Under the pieces are notes generated by a model, which saw nothing but the letters and a program-made list of their open reading frames with translations, ran no database searches and was not told where the DNA came from. The position numbers were made by a program, and so were the translations under genes. A DNA stretch of 64,000 nucleotides from Pelomyxa schiedti (lineage: Eukaryota; Protista; Evosea), in the NCBI GenBank assembly GCA_020536535.1, contig JAHLWZ010000505.1, forward strand, positions 62,001 to 126,000, given 5' to 3'. Shown here piece after piece: positions 1 to 12,390 of this stretch (its first letter is position 1; the number at the start of each line of letters is the position of its first letter).

Positions 1-5
1 ACCGT

Positions 6-1542
6 GTGGAGAGCAACACCTCAAAACAACTCACTCTGGACACTGAAATGGATCCAAGTTCCAAAGAACTGCCATCGATGGGTTCCAGTGGAGCGGCCGC
101 AGCAATGGCAGCGGCAGCTGTTGCAGCCGCAACAGCCCACTCTTCTCACCCCCATCCACATTCAATGCACTCCCACATGCACATGCAACAGTCCCAACAA
201 GAAATGTACAACCCACAGTATCAGTACGAAGCACAATATCATGCACAACAAATGCAGATGCAACAAATGCAAATGCAACAAATGCACCACGCACAACTTG
301 AGGAGCAAGGACTACTTGAACAACAGGGGATGAACATGGGTGTCGGAATGAACATGGGTGCACCAGATGGAATGGGTGTTTCTGAGGGCGTTGCAGATAC
401 CCTGGAGATGGACGATATGCAAGTAATGGCCACAATACAAGAACACCAGCACCGAATGATGTCAGAGCAGCACCGATACGAAAGTCGGCTACTTCAACAA
501 CACATGATGCAACAGCAAGCCCAAGACGAAATGGCACAACAAAATTCAAGTCAACAACAAATTCAACAACAAATACAGGAACAGATGCAACAACCACAAA
601 TGCAACCGCTTCAGACACAAATGCCACCACCCACCCAGCCTGATCTTCCTACAATTCAGCCACAACTTTCTGAGATGCCACCTATTCAACCTGATGTGCA
701 AGTTAGGCAACCATCCCCCTCCCAAGTGCAACCTCCACCTGAGCAAAAAGATGGACAAATTGCACACTGTGAGGTAAAGACAGAGCAAGATCAAATGCCC
801 CTGCAACCACAAGTTATTCCTCAACCACCCATAGAACATCTACCAGAAGATAAAGATGGAAGACAACTTCCACCCTCAACCCAACCAGATACACAAAACA
901 CATCTGTAATCTCTGAAGTACCCAGTTTACCTGTGCATTCCCCACTTCAACAAAACACATCCACCACCACGTCGACCACGCCGCCACCCCCACAACCTCC
1001 TCAATCACAGTCATTTGAACCACACCAAGTTGTGGAGGGACCAGCAATCCCTCCCTCATCTGGCCTACCAACACAAATTTCACAACAAACCGCACCAATA
1101 CCACCGCAAGACGCCCAACAACAGCAACAGGTACAATCAATGCCACCCCCACAGCCGGCTCAACCAAATCCTGGAATGGTCCCGCAACAATCAATGCCAC
1201 CCATGCAACAACCACCATCACCATCACCCGCCCCACCACCTCCACCCACAACAATCCCGGTTCACCACATGTCACAGAGAATGCAAACCGTTACCATCCC
1301 AGCATCTGTCTACGAATCCAAAATGGACCATGCCAAGTAAGCTTCTTCCGCTTCCAATTTAGCCAGTAACAACTATGTAGGTTCTTCATATTCCCCAGTG
1401 AGGGTGTGTGCCGGCGGTTCTCCAAAGAGATGGAACAGATTCTAGCCGGAAGCAACATGGAACTAAGCCTGGAGATGAAAGAGACTCTAGAAGGACAGCC
1501 TTGGCTCACAAGCATAGCCAGTTGGTCGTCCTCCTATCCCTA
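6..1542 (+). CDS. Q/P/M-rich low-complexity protein of unknown function (true start uncertain: ATG at 48 or upstream of window)
   Basis: 444-codon ORF, then GT-AG intron 1337-1380 joining in frame to a final exon FFIFPSEGVCRRFSKEMEQ...SSYP* (TAG about 1540-1542). Confidence 0.7.
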
Positions 1543-1626
1543 GTCACCAATTGTGGAAAACAAATTTCAAAAAGATTTTTCGTTTGCAATTGCCCAAGCC
1601 AATTTGCAACAGATTCCAGATACCAG

Positions 1627-3819
1627 ATGCAGAGCACAACAACCACAAGCAGCACCCCGGCGGCCGAGACACCGCCCTCGTCGTCTTCAACAACAACAAG
1701 GACACCGCCGCCCTCCTCGGCGTCGCAGCCTCCGGAGCCGCACGAGAGGACGAGGCCCGAGGCCGAGGTCGAGGAAGCACACGAGGAGGAGTCTGAGGAA
1801 GATGGAGAGGCAGAGGAAGGTGATGGGGAGTACCTGGACCCAGTGTTTGTTGACGCTGAGGGGGGCGTGGTAGTGGACAAGTCCGCGGCGGCTGCAGAGG
1901 CATCAGGTATGCTTTAGATGTGGGGCGGCTGTGTGGGAATTACATTGTGGGTGGGTAATCGCTAATGGCGAGTTAACGGGAAGCAGGTGGTGCCGAGGCA
2001 AGCGAAACCGGCGCCACACTTGATGATGGGAATGGATCCAACGAGGAGGATCCAGAAGAGGAGGATGGGGAGGAATTTGAAGATGAAGAGGAAGAAGGAG
2101 AAGAAGAAGAGGAGGAGGAGCAAGAGGTCGATGCAACCAATGGCCCAACTGCCGAAACCGCATCTGTGGTATTCAAGGGTCACAAAAGTAAATTCTACCT
2201 CCCTCATCCCTTCTGGATTCTGATTCTGATTCTGATTCACGTGCACAAATTTGAAAAGGTTCTGTCTATTGCGTTGCGGCACATCCGAGTCTCCCAATTG
2301 CGGCCAGTGGGGGTGGTGATGACCTGGCTTTTGTGTGGAACTTAGAAACTGGTGCTGAGTTATTCAAGTTGGCAGGTACCTGTCTTGTTTTGTTTGGTGG
2401 CCCTTTTACATCGGGAAACCAGGGCACAAAGATTCTGTGTGTGGAATTGACTTTAGGTGAGTGACAGTGTCTCCTCTTTAAGCAAGCGAAAGTTAATTTT
2501 CAACTAGCAATGATGGGAAATATATTGCAACGGCAGGGCTTGACGGATTGGTATCATTCCAAATTCGTTGTTTTTTCAATGTGGTGCCTGCTGCAACACC
2601 TTTGTATATGTAGAGATATTTGTGACCTGGCCAAAGAAGGTTTTTAATGATTCCCCAAGGTGTGCGTGTGGGAGGCTGCAACTGGCCGTTTGGTGCATTC
2701 ACTTGATGGTGGAGATTCTTTTGATTGGGTTAAGTGGCATGACAGAGGACCTGTTCTCATTGCCGGAGGAGGCAATTGCGTGTGGATGTGGAACGGTGCC
2801 ACTGGGGCATGCATGAATGTCTTCAGTGGTCATTCGGCAATTGTAACCTGTGGCACTTTCACTGTTGATGGTTGTTATCATACAAAACACAAACTGAGTT
2901 GGGCAATCCACGTTAATACAACAACAGGAAAGAAGCTGTGCACAGGTTCTGAGGATGGAACAGTAAAAGTTTGGGACCCCAAGACAGCTGCAACTCTCGC
3001 CACCTTCTGTCTCGCTGATTCAAAAGGCTCTTCCCCGCCTCCCGCCATTACAAGTCTACAGAACGAACCTTCTGGACGCATTTTAGCAGCTTGTGAGCTC
3101 TCCATTTTTGTCATTTCCACTCACAGAATCTTCCCAAAAAAACAACGAAAACAGCAACTCAAGACGGCACAGTGTTCCTTTGCAACACAAGCACAGGAAA
3201 ACTCGTATCCAAACTAAAGCACTCTGGCTCTGTTGAGTCTGTTGTGTTCTATCCCAGGTTTCACAAAACTTCCTTCAGCGTAAACCAACTGACTCGCTAC
3301 AGTGAACCTCAACTAGTTGTTTGCGCGTCCCTTAACGGGAGTGCAACAGTATGGGATGTGACCACCGCAGTAAAACGCGGTGAATGCCGCCACAAAAAGG
3401 GTATTGTCAAAGTGGCACTCTGCAACATCCAACCATCAACCACCGCACAACACAACCCCCTGCTCCCTTCAACTACACCTACAAATGCAACTGCTGTTAC
3501 GCCACCATCCTCCGCATCCGCTACCACGACTACTACCTCAAGTACAGCAACTGCAACACCGCCAACAGCTTCATCATCCACTTTGCAAGGGTGTGTGCTT
3601 TGCACTGCATCGGTTGATAGGACTGTCAAAGTGTGGGACCCCCGGAACTGCTCACTGTTGCGTTGTTTCTCCGGACACACAAAGCCAATTCTAGCAATGT
3701 CCACAGCTTGGTACATGCTTCCCTTTAACATTTACACGCTATTCACACAACCCCATAGCAATGGAACAGTTCTTCTCTCCTGTTCTGACGACAAGACTGT
3801 CAGAGTCTTTCGGCTGTGA
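1627..3819 (+). CDS. AAMP: WD40-repeat protein, AAMP/Sqt1-like (ribosome assembly chaperone), multi-exon
   Basis: Acidic N-terminus, then WD repeats across short introns: FKGHK.SVYCVAAHP..IAASGGGDDLAFVW, GHKDSV..IDFSNDGKYIATAGLDG, WVKWHDRGPVLIAG, FSGHSAIVTCGTFT.DGKKLCTGSEDGTVKVWDPK, SCSDDKTVRVF. Confidence 0.8.
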
Positions 3820-4212
3820 AATCCCAGCTCAGAGACAAATTGTCTTGCATTGGCTTCTCACAAGTAGTGTTTGGCTTCGCAAAAAAAAGCTCTGTGCTTC
3901 CTTTTTTTGGGAAGCAAAAAAGAGTCTGAGAGGATGGAAGACTGGAGGCATTTGCAGCTACATTCAGCATGTCCTCGAGGGTGGCAGGAGAGAGTTGGGA
4001 ATCCGCAGGCTCCGGAGCTGAGCTCAGTCCAGCTGGACTGGACTTTGATGGTTATTCAAAGAAAAAACGAATTTAAGAGATCCGCTCGATCTGTCCAAGT
4101 ACTTGTTGGGACTTGGCAACGGAATTTCAAACGGTACTTGTCGAGTACTTGCTTGAAATAACAACCCTGGTACGGATAGAAATGATCAACAGTATGGACA
4201 CGAAGCTAATGC

Positions 4213-4463
4213 GCAAGAATGGAATCCACAAGTTGATAACGTCGGCACCAACATCAATGATCGGCAGCGAAATCCACGACGGTGTCGCCGACCGTGGTTC
4301 ACCGCAAAACACCGCACCACCACGGGAAAGTCGCCGCTCTTAAGCACAACCAAAATGTTTCATTGTGGTGGTGCGTTTTGCGGTGAACCACGTTCGGCTG
4401 CGCCGTCGTGGATTTCGCTGCGTTCTCGGCGCGACATGATCAACTCGTGGATTCCATGCTTGC
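4213..4463. repeat. Long imperfect inverted repeat (foldback, MITE-like or hairpin RNA)
   Basis: Arm 4213-4323 (GCAAGAATGGAATCCACAAGTTGAT...GCAGCGAAATCCACGACGG...CGTGGTTCACCGCAAAAC..GCACCACCAC) is the reverse complement, with mismatches and indels, of arm 4365-4463; about 40-nt loop. Confidence 0.9.
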
Positions 4464-4535
4464 CCGTTTGTTTCCAAAACCTCTCCTTATCTTTTTAAAA
4501 TCAATAATCTCGGAAAATTAATATCTGAATTTTCG

Positions 4536-5624
4536 ATGGCAACCGTTGTCATTTGTGGCACCGCTTCCCTGCCTCTGAAGCAAATCGTGAGCTCTCGGTT
4601 GTCGGATCTGTGCGGGGTGGTTCGCTTCGTAGATCTGCCGACCAACAACGACCCGCGATATGCACAGGCGAGAACACCGGGTGGTACTGCGCCTCTCGCT
4701 CTCGTAATACTTCTCCCTCCGTGTGACGTTCCCTCGTGCGTTTCGGCATCTGCGTTTCCGGGCGTATTTATTGCCGTTGTATCTACTGCCGCATCGTGCA
4801 ACGCGAGGGCGAGAACCGCGCTTATGGAGAGCGGAGCGAATGCCGTATTGAACGAATCTGATGACGCGTCTTTTCTGCGGCTCGTAAGACTTGTTCTCAA
4901 CAAAGGTTGTTCTTCTGGTAACCTCTTGTTGCCCAGCGACTCTACCGCGACGAGCAAAAGCAGTTTAAATGCGCTTTTTGGGTGCCCATTGTGCCCTCTG
5001 GGTGGATTTGAGCGTGACCAGTTGATTGAACACAGTTGCTTGTATCACAACGGACCGTCCAAAAGCACAGAGAAAGTGAAATGCCCTTTGTGCTCCAAAA
5101 TGGCCATGGGTGGATTCCGTATTGTTGGGCACATGAGAGCCCACGTTGAAAGTGACGCACCACCGCCGAGCCTGTATCCATATGCTCTGGTGGTGTGCAG
5201 GAGGCCTAGTGATGGTGCATTTTTGCTCGTTCACGAGTGGGGCAACGAGGGGTGGTGGCTCCCTGCCGGACACGCAGAAGCCAATGAGACTCTACAAGTC
5301 GCAGCAGTGCGGGAAGCCCTGGAGGAATCTGGCGTTAATGTGGTGCTGCGTGGTTTGCTGCGGGTAGAATTCTCACCTGTGAGCGCGGATTATTGCAGGC
5401 TGCGTGCTGTGTTTTATGCGGAGCCGGCGGACCCGAACGCCCCATGCAAATCAATACCTGACTACGAGAGTCTCGGCGCCACTTGGGTCAGTGCCTCTGA
5501 CATAACCACACTCAAGCTAAGAGGCCAGGAGGCCCTGCAGTGGTCTCAGTACCTGGCACGTGGTGGTACCATCTACCCTTTGTCGCTACTTACACAAGAA
5601 TCAACACCACTCAACCTACCGTAA
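4536..5624 (+). CDS. Nudix hydrolase with Di19-like C2H2 zinc-finger pair and N-terminal alpha/beta domain; intronless
   Basis: Nudix box GHAEANETLQVAAVREALEESG; CPLC..EH..LYH and CPLC..GHMRAH motifs. Confidence 0.85.
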   Translation: MATVVICGTASLPLKQIVSSRLSDLCGVVRFVDLPTNNDPRYAQARTPGGTAPLALVILLPPCDVPSCVSASAFPGVFIAVVSTAASCNARARTALMESGANAVLNESDDASFLRLVRLVLNKGCSSGNLLLPSDSTATSKSSLNALFGCPLCPLGGFERDQLIEHSCLYHNGPSKSTEKVKCPLCSKMAMGGFRIVGHMRAHVESDAPPPSLYPYALVVCRRPSDGAFLLVHEWGNEGWWLPAGHAEANETLQVAAVREALEESGVNVVLRGLLRVEFSPVSADYCRLRAVFYAEPADPNAPCKSIPDYESLGATWVSASDITTLKLRGQEALQWSQYLARGGTIYPLSLLTQESTPLNLP

Positions 5625-6063
5625 GTTTGTTGTTCAGAGTAAGAAGTGAAAAAACTGTTTCAATGTATTCTTTGTGGCTTTAAGAAACAAAAGTAAACAG
5701 TTCCTAAGCTGACCCCCAGGTCCAGCCCACTGGGGCTCTTGTGGGGGCAACAAAAAGAATTTGGGGAGGCCATTTGTCTCCTCCAGGCTGTGATTGTAAG
5801 CGAGGTTCAGGAGGGCAGAGCTAGCATCCAAGAGCAGGGGCAATACAAGTACTTTACTCTGATGTTTTTTCTGGGTAATTTGGTTCTCCTGGGCCTTTCC
5901 ATTCCTAACACATTGGCTGTTCAGAAAATGTTTTTGACCCTACTGCTAGTCCTCCAAGTGACTTTCTCGCTGCTCCAAGAGCACCTTGCTAACGATTCCA
6001 GAGAGGAGAAATCCTAATCCCTAAGAGATAAGTTTCAAGTTGATCACGGAAAAAAATCAGTGG

Positions 6064-9000
6064 ATGCTGGGGCCGGACTACCACACACCGAGCGGTTCCC
6101 AGCAACGCAACGAGAGGGGAGCTCTGGCCGCCCCAGGTGGAGCCGACTTTACCCCCCTCGCCTTCGACCTCCCCTCCAACCTCGACCCCTCCCCGACCGA
6201 AAACACCCCCTCGGACCCGGCCCGCGGGGGACGCGGTTCCTCCCCGTCCTCGTCCTCCGTCCTCCTCACGCCCTCCTCCAACCTCCTCAACGAACTCGAG
6301 CAAGCCATCGACGCCAACAACAACGCCAGCACCAGCAGCCTGTCCCCGTCGTCCTTCGCCGCCTCGTCGTCGTACGGCGGCGCTGGCTTCTTTGGCCGCA
6401 ACAACAACGTGTCGTACGACTCGCAGCGCGGCGACGGGTCCCTCTACGTCGACGACCTCCTCGGCACGTCGGCGTACGACAACTCCCTGCTGGCCTTTGA
6501 CTCTGACGAGCGCCGCAGCACCAGACCGACCGGCAGCAACAACAACATCAATAACCAGCACGTGGACGTGGACGACGACTACGACGACGCCGATGATTAC
6601 GATGGCGAAATCAGCGTGGTACAAATTGACCCAATGCATGGGATGCCAGGCCGAAAGCTGCAGTTCGGTGAACACCCACAATCGCAAACACAGACTCAAA
6701 CGCACCCACAAGCGCAATCGCAATCGCAACCACAACAGCAGCGGCAGCAACCACCAGCGTTACCGAGGCCTGTTGTTGGAGGCAATCCATACGGCGGACA
6801 ACAGCAGAACCAGTTCAATGTGTATCAGGAAAAGCAGGTGGTTAAACAACAACAATCGCAGCCTGTGAACTGTGTGGCATCAAACAAGCTTGATCCTGTG
6901 GCCACAATTGCTTCTGATCAGTTTCGATCTAACTTTGGTGAAAATGCGAGATTGCAGCAGCAGCAGAACATTGCACAGCAACCCAGGCAGGCATTGTATC
7001 TCCCACAAGTCAATCCTACAGGAAGCAACCCCGTACCACCTCAGAAGCCTTTGCCAAAACCGGTTCCGCAGCTGCAAACTGCTACAACCCATGAACCAAC
7101 AAAAACTCTAACAGCAACGCCTGCAGTACCGTCGCTGTCTAATCCTGCAAAACCACAATTTGTTGACACCCTGAAAACGGCAGCACCACAGCACCTTTCT
7201 GAAGCCCACAAACCCCTAGTTCAACTGCCGCAAGCCCACCAGCCTGTTCCACCTCTTAGGCAGGCTTCAGATAAACCAGCAGGTACCCAAACACAACAAC
7301 AACCAACTTCACAAGTTTTTCCCCGGGCATCAATTCCTCTACAGTTACAAACTCAGCAAAACACAAATGCACCAACACAAAACTTCCCAGTTCAGAACAC
7401 AGGAAAAGAACAGAATTCTATTCCGCGCCAGGCACCAAATCCACCTGTAAGTGTCTCAGTACCTACCCAACCCAGAGCCGAGGCAATTCCGCCTACGCAA
7501 AGCAATACTACCACCGTTACCCAGGACTCTAAATCTTCTACTTTACCCCAATCCTCCGTACCTTTTCAAAAACCAACACAGGTTGCACCCCAAAACTCCA
7601 ATACACTTACCCAGAAGCCACAACAATTACCCACTCAAACTTCAATGCAGGCCCAACCTCCAGTGCCACCACCAAAGGAGGTACCACCGCCACCCCCCAA
7701 AGAAGTGCCGCCACCACCACCAAAAGAGCTACCACCACTGCCTCCCAAACAAATTCCACCTCCACCCAAAGAAGTGCCACCAGCTCCACCTAAAGAGAGC
7801 ACTTCAAATTCAGCACTCCCCAACTCCAACAAATCTATTGAGCCAACAACCAATAAACCCACCTTTCCACCCTCATCACAATCAAGTCAATCTGAGCTTT
7901 TGAATGGGAAGCCAGGAGCAATTTCACGCACTGGTCTTCTCAATCCTAGCAATACTTTACCAGTAGTGGCTCAATCTGAGAAGCAAAATTTTCCAACTAC
8001 TACTTGCACAACTTCTACTACAACTACATCAACTGCACTTACTAACCCTCAGCTCCCAGCAACTCCTATAAAATCCCGCCCCTTAAATCCATCCACACCT
8101 GCCACCCATTCAAAGCACATGTTGCGCCCTGGACAAACTCCACGAAAGACACCTTGCCATTCCTCTCTAGCTCACGCATTAGCAGCAGTGCCTACGTGCT
8201 CGGTGTCAACTCTTTCATCTGCCAGTGGGATACCTCCCCGAAATCAGCAGGCAGGAATTAAAATGTATGCAATGGGTAATTTTGAAAATTATATCTCGAA
8301 TATATTTTGAAAATATTTACACCATTACCGTAGGGAAGACCTTTTAGCTGATCTTTTCACATTTCGAATTAATATTCAACAAGTAGAGAGCCATCTTCAA
8401 AACACAAGAAGGCACATTGACAATTTCCTCGCTCTTGAACCAGAAGTGGCTAACCTGAATGCCACTATTGTCGGTTATACTCAAGCACTGGAAGAAGGTC
8501 TAAAAAGATTTATGGTACCTCATCCCTTATAAAGTTGTTGGCACCCCCTTCTTGCTAAGTTACACATCTTTCAGCTTGTTTCCTCTGGTCAGAAACCACC
8601 TGCCATACGTCAAAAAGAAGTTGAGGTAAAAAGATAGATTCCTAATTCGCCGTTTTCCCCTAATATACACACAGGACCTTGACAACCTTCTCCAGAATAA
8701 ACCAGGAGGGAACTTTGAGTCTAGCCGGCAGGCAGCACTCGACGCACTGAAACTCACTTCCAACAAATGGAGTAGCTTTGTTACAGTCACAGACACGGAT
8801 GTTTCGAAGTGCTTCACTGCTTGCAGACATCGATTACTGGCTACCCCAGGTCCGGACCTCAGTCACACAAAAGGAATTGAGGAAGCCGTAACTCAGCAGG
8901 TACAGAATTTCTACCAGCAATATGGCAGGCCTCAAACAGAAGAAACCAAGGTATGTTCATCTTATGGGCTGCAATAAATACTAAACTAATAATCCACATC

Positions 9001-9110
9001 AGAAACAAGCTCAACAGCGTAGTTATGATCGCGTTCTCAATATCGCACTGGTTGTTGTCATCCTTGCTTTAGTTGGTCTTGCCCCTATTCTTCTCTACCT
9101 TGACATTTGA
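6064..9110 (+). CDS. P/Q-rich protein with C-terminal helical region and tail-anchor TM segment
   Basis: Long first exon (ORF 6040-8310) with PPPPKE repeats, further GT-AG-bounded exons, last exon KQAQQRSYDRVLNIALVVVILALVGLAPILLYLDI*. Confidence 0.7.
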
Positions 9111-9183
9111 ATACCCAAAAGTGCCAAAAATAAAACAATAAACCCATTTGGTTTTCTTTTTGATTCGACATCAAGTAATAGTT

Positions 9184-10337
9184 CTAATTGTTGTATGGGT
9201 TGCTATCTAATTGCCCGTCAACAATGCTCTTGGTGTAATAACCGCTTGTGGGCCTGTTTGCAAAGTCGAAGGTCAGACCATCCTTCAACTTCCATATTTT
9301 GTAGTTCTTGAAGGTAAGTGCTGATTCCTTCTCACATATTTCCGGTGTGTGGTCTCCAAGCACTATGTAGGCATACCCGTTGTAGCAAGTAGCCAGGCCC
9401 TTGGGATTTACTAGCAGAGTCACACCTTCGTTGATGCCAACACCCCAGACTGTGCTGCTGATTTGGTCTTGTATTTGACGGGCTACAAATGTCATCAGCC
9501 GGCCCATGCGGTTGCGCTGCTCAAAGTGAGTATCAGTAATGGTCATATCCATGTTGGGCCAGTCAAACATGTCATATGTGAAGGTAATGTATCTGCGGTG
9601 TTTCAGAGTTGGTAAGTATATTTCTTTTCATGATAAAGAAATGCTAACCGGTGGTATGGGAACATCATGGCCTCCTTTGATTCAATGCTGCCTTCACAAG
9701 CGTTGTATACATAATTTCCTTGAATGGCTAGGCCGGCGCTTCCACCACCAACGCCTCCACCACGGTTCACAAGGGCTATGACATTGTTCAATACAGTTCC
9801 GCCTATCCAGTTCACGTAGTTGCATTGGTCTCCGCCTGCGAAGTACACAGTCTCCGCCTCTAACACCACGCTTGTAGCTTCCACAGAGTTTTTATCAGAA
9901 GCTGAAGTCATTGTGACAGTGGTGCAAGAGTTTATATATTGAGCGGTGTCCGCGTTTGCCATCAGAGTGTCACACTCTGGCGTTGGATCCGTTGGCGTCA
10001 TTGTTGCTGCCAGAATTACAATATCCACGGCATTGCCTCCTGCAACCTATGTAAAGAATTGGGGAGTGTCGTTAGTTTTCAGCATAGCTATGTTCCAATA
10101 AAAATACAAGGAGGCATTAAAACAAGGGAAACTTAGAAAACAATTCATGCATGGAACACACACCTGAATAATGTGCTGACGGTAAACGTCGGGATCAGGG
10201 GATCCGTCACCCATAAGGAAGAGCGAGGGACCCACCAATGTTGGGGCTACGTCGGACGTGTTGCCCAGCCTGTTCACAGTGACCACTCCAGCGCATCCCC
10301 CTACGAGGACGATAATGAAAGCAACAACAGACACCAT
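9184..10337 (-). CDS. cphB: Cyanophycinase-like peptidase (family S51), predicted secreted; 3 exons
   Basis: Hydrophobic signal MVSVVAFIIVLVGGCAG; motifs YFAGGDQ, VGGGSAG (Ser), ITDTHFEQRNRMGRL (His), GVGINE (Glu); two GT-AG introns restore the frame. Confidence 0.85.
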
Positions 10338-10911
10338 GATTCTAACCTACTCTCGGGAGTTTTCTTCGCTGATAACAGACAAAGCTTCTTTCGCGGATCC
10401 CTCAAAAATCCACTGGACGAACCTTTTCTTTTTTGGAAAATACTGGTTAGGTGGTGTGTAGAACACGCACTGGGTTTGCCAGTCATTTCATTACTGAAGG
10501 ATCATCGAAAGCAGAACCAATTGAAACCTTCACTGATTCTCAGCCTGATCCTTTCCCTCTGGGACTGCACACCTGCAAGAACATATTGCGAGCACCGCAG
10601 GCCATGATGTTCTCCAGATGGAACTGCTGTGGCTATGGCTTCAGTGTTCTGGTTCTGTCCATCACTTTGGTTTTTCCTTTTAAGCAACCGTGAAAGAGTA
10701 CCGAAAACAAGCGGCGATGCCATTGATGTAACGCACGATCCGTTCGTGCAGTTTTACGTGAACCATCAAGACGAGTCGAGTAACACCCGCACAAAGAGAG
10801 TCGGAGTTGTAGCGTTGAGACTCTCCCCATCGCTGCCAGCACTTATAACCAGGCCTCAGTCCCTCGAACAAAAAAAACAAACAAAGAAGAAACAAACATT
10901 GGGATAAGTGA

Positions 10912-12227
10912 ATGGCTGATGACTCTGGGAGCACACTTGTGGAAGCCAAGGCACTATGCGGGATTGTACTTACAGCCGAGACCGTCTGCGGTTCCTTTGT
11001 GCCCGTTCTGCTCCGCAAGATAGCGTCCCGCGCTCCCAACAAGGCTGCGGTGGAGCGGCGGGTGCATCGCGCGATGTCGGTGTGCGCTGCGGCGGCCGCG
11101 GGGGTGTTCCTGGGCGTGGGGCTGTGCCACATGCAGCCGGACGCTGTGAGCACTCTGGAGGGATGCCTGGGGGAGTTGCACGGTTTCCCTTTGCCGTACT
11201 TTCTGGTTCTGCTTGGTTTCTGTCTGCTGGCTTTTCTTGATAAGGTTCGTACCCGTTAAAACTCACTGTTATTGTTGTTGATTCCTCGCTTCCTTGCCGA
11301 GTGGTAAGTAAACGTAATTTATCAGGTGTTTACACCTCCTCATGAGCACCGCTTGTCATCCAATGAACCCTCTTCAGCCTCTTTCACGAATGACGAAGAC
11401 CCAAGCGATGCAACACAACCAAGTAAAGGACAAATAGCATGGAAGCAGCGATACGCAAAAGCCATAGTATTGACACTGGGAATGGCCATTCACGCCTTTG
11501 TTACTGGTCTTGCATTGGGGATGTCCGAGTCCATGGATGATTTGATGGGAATTGCATTGGCTTGTTTCTGTCACGAGTGGGTTCATGCTCCTGCTCTCGT
11601 AGTGCTCTATGACTCTTCGTCAATTTCGAAGAAATCCCAGGTCCTCTTTTTTTTCCCCCCATTCTCTCCTAACTTCCTTCATAGATAATCTTTCTTTGCT
11701 TTTACTTCACCATCACACCCAGCAGTATCATCACTGGTACAGTTCTTTACACAGAGCTCGAGGGAAGCCGAGCAGGATACATCACAACGGGGGTGCTATC
11801 TGCCATCGCCGCCGGCACCTTCTTGTACATTGGAGCATGTGAGCTGATGCATGAAGCATTTGAATTGGACCAAAAAGCGCACTCAGAACAACCCAAATTG
11901 GATTCTGTGGAGAACCACCAGGTGCATCACAATGCAATTGATAATGATGGTGAGCATGAGGATGAAGACGAGAAGCACGAGGAAACGGACAGTCCCATAA
12001 TTACAGGCAAGGAAAAGAATGAGCCGCACGGCAAGAGGCAACCTCTGTTGGGCCACCACCACGACGGCGAAGTTGTTATCGACATTCACAGTCACCAACA
12101 GGACGAGCATGACTGGCTGCACGGAATTTGGTCCAGAGCCATCAATTATGGGATCATGCTGTTCTTTGCAGTCGGGATTGCATCCGTGGCTGCAATCGAG
12201 GGTGAACTCCCAGCTGTTGTGTGTTAG
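10912..12227 (+). CDS. ZIP-family (SLC39) Zn/Fe transporter; 3 exons
   Basis: AAGVFLGVGLCHMQPDA, GMAIHAFVTGLALG, CFCHEW, AIAAGTFLYIGACELM; His-rich loops; multiple TM segments. Confidence 0.9.
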
Positions 12228-12390
12228 GAAAGAGAAGTAGCTTTTTTTAATAGGGGCGAACGTAAGGCAATTAAGAAAACAACCCCAAAGTTACATTTTT
12301 AAAATGCAATGAAGTGTGGTGAGAGATGGATCTGGCCAAGCCCAACTATTTTCTCTGTCGTGAAAAACAAGCCTTTGCAATCAAAAGAAA

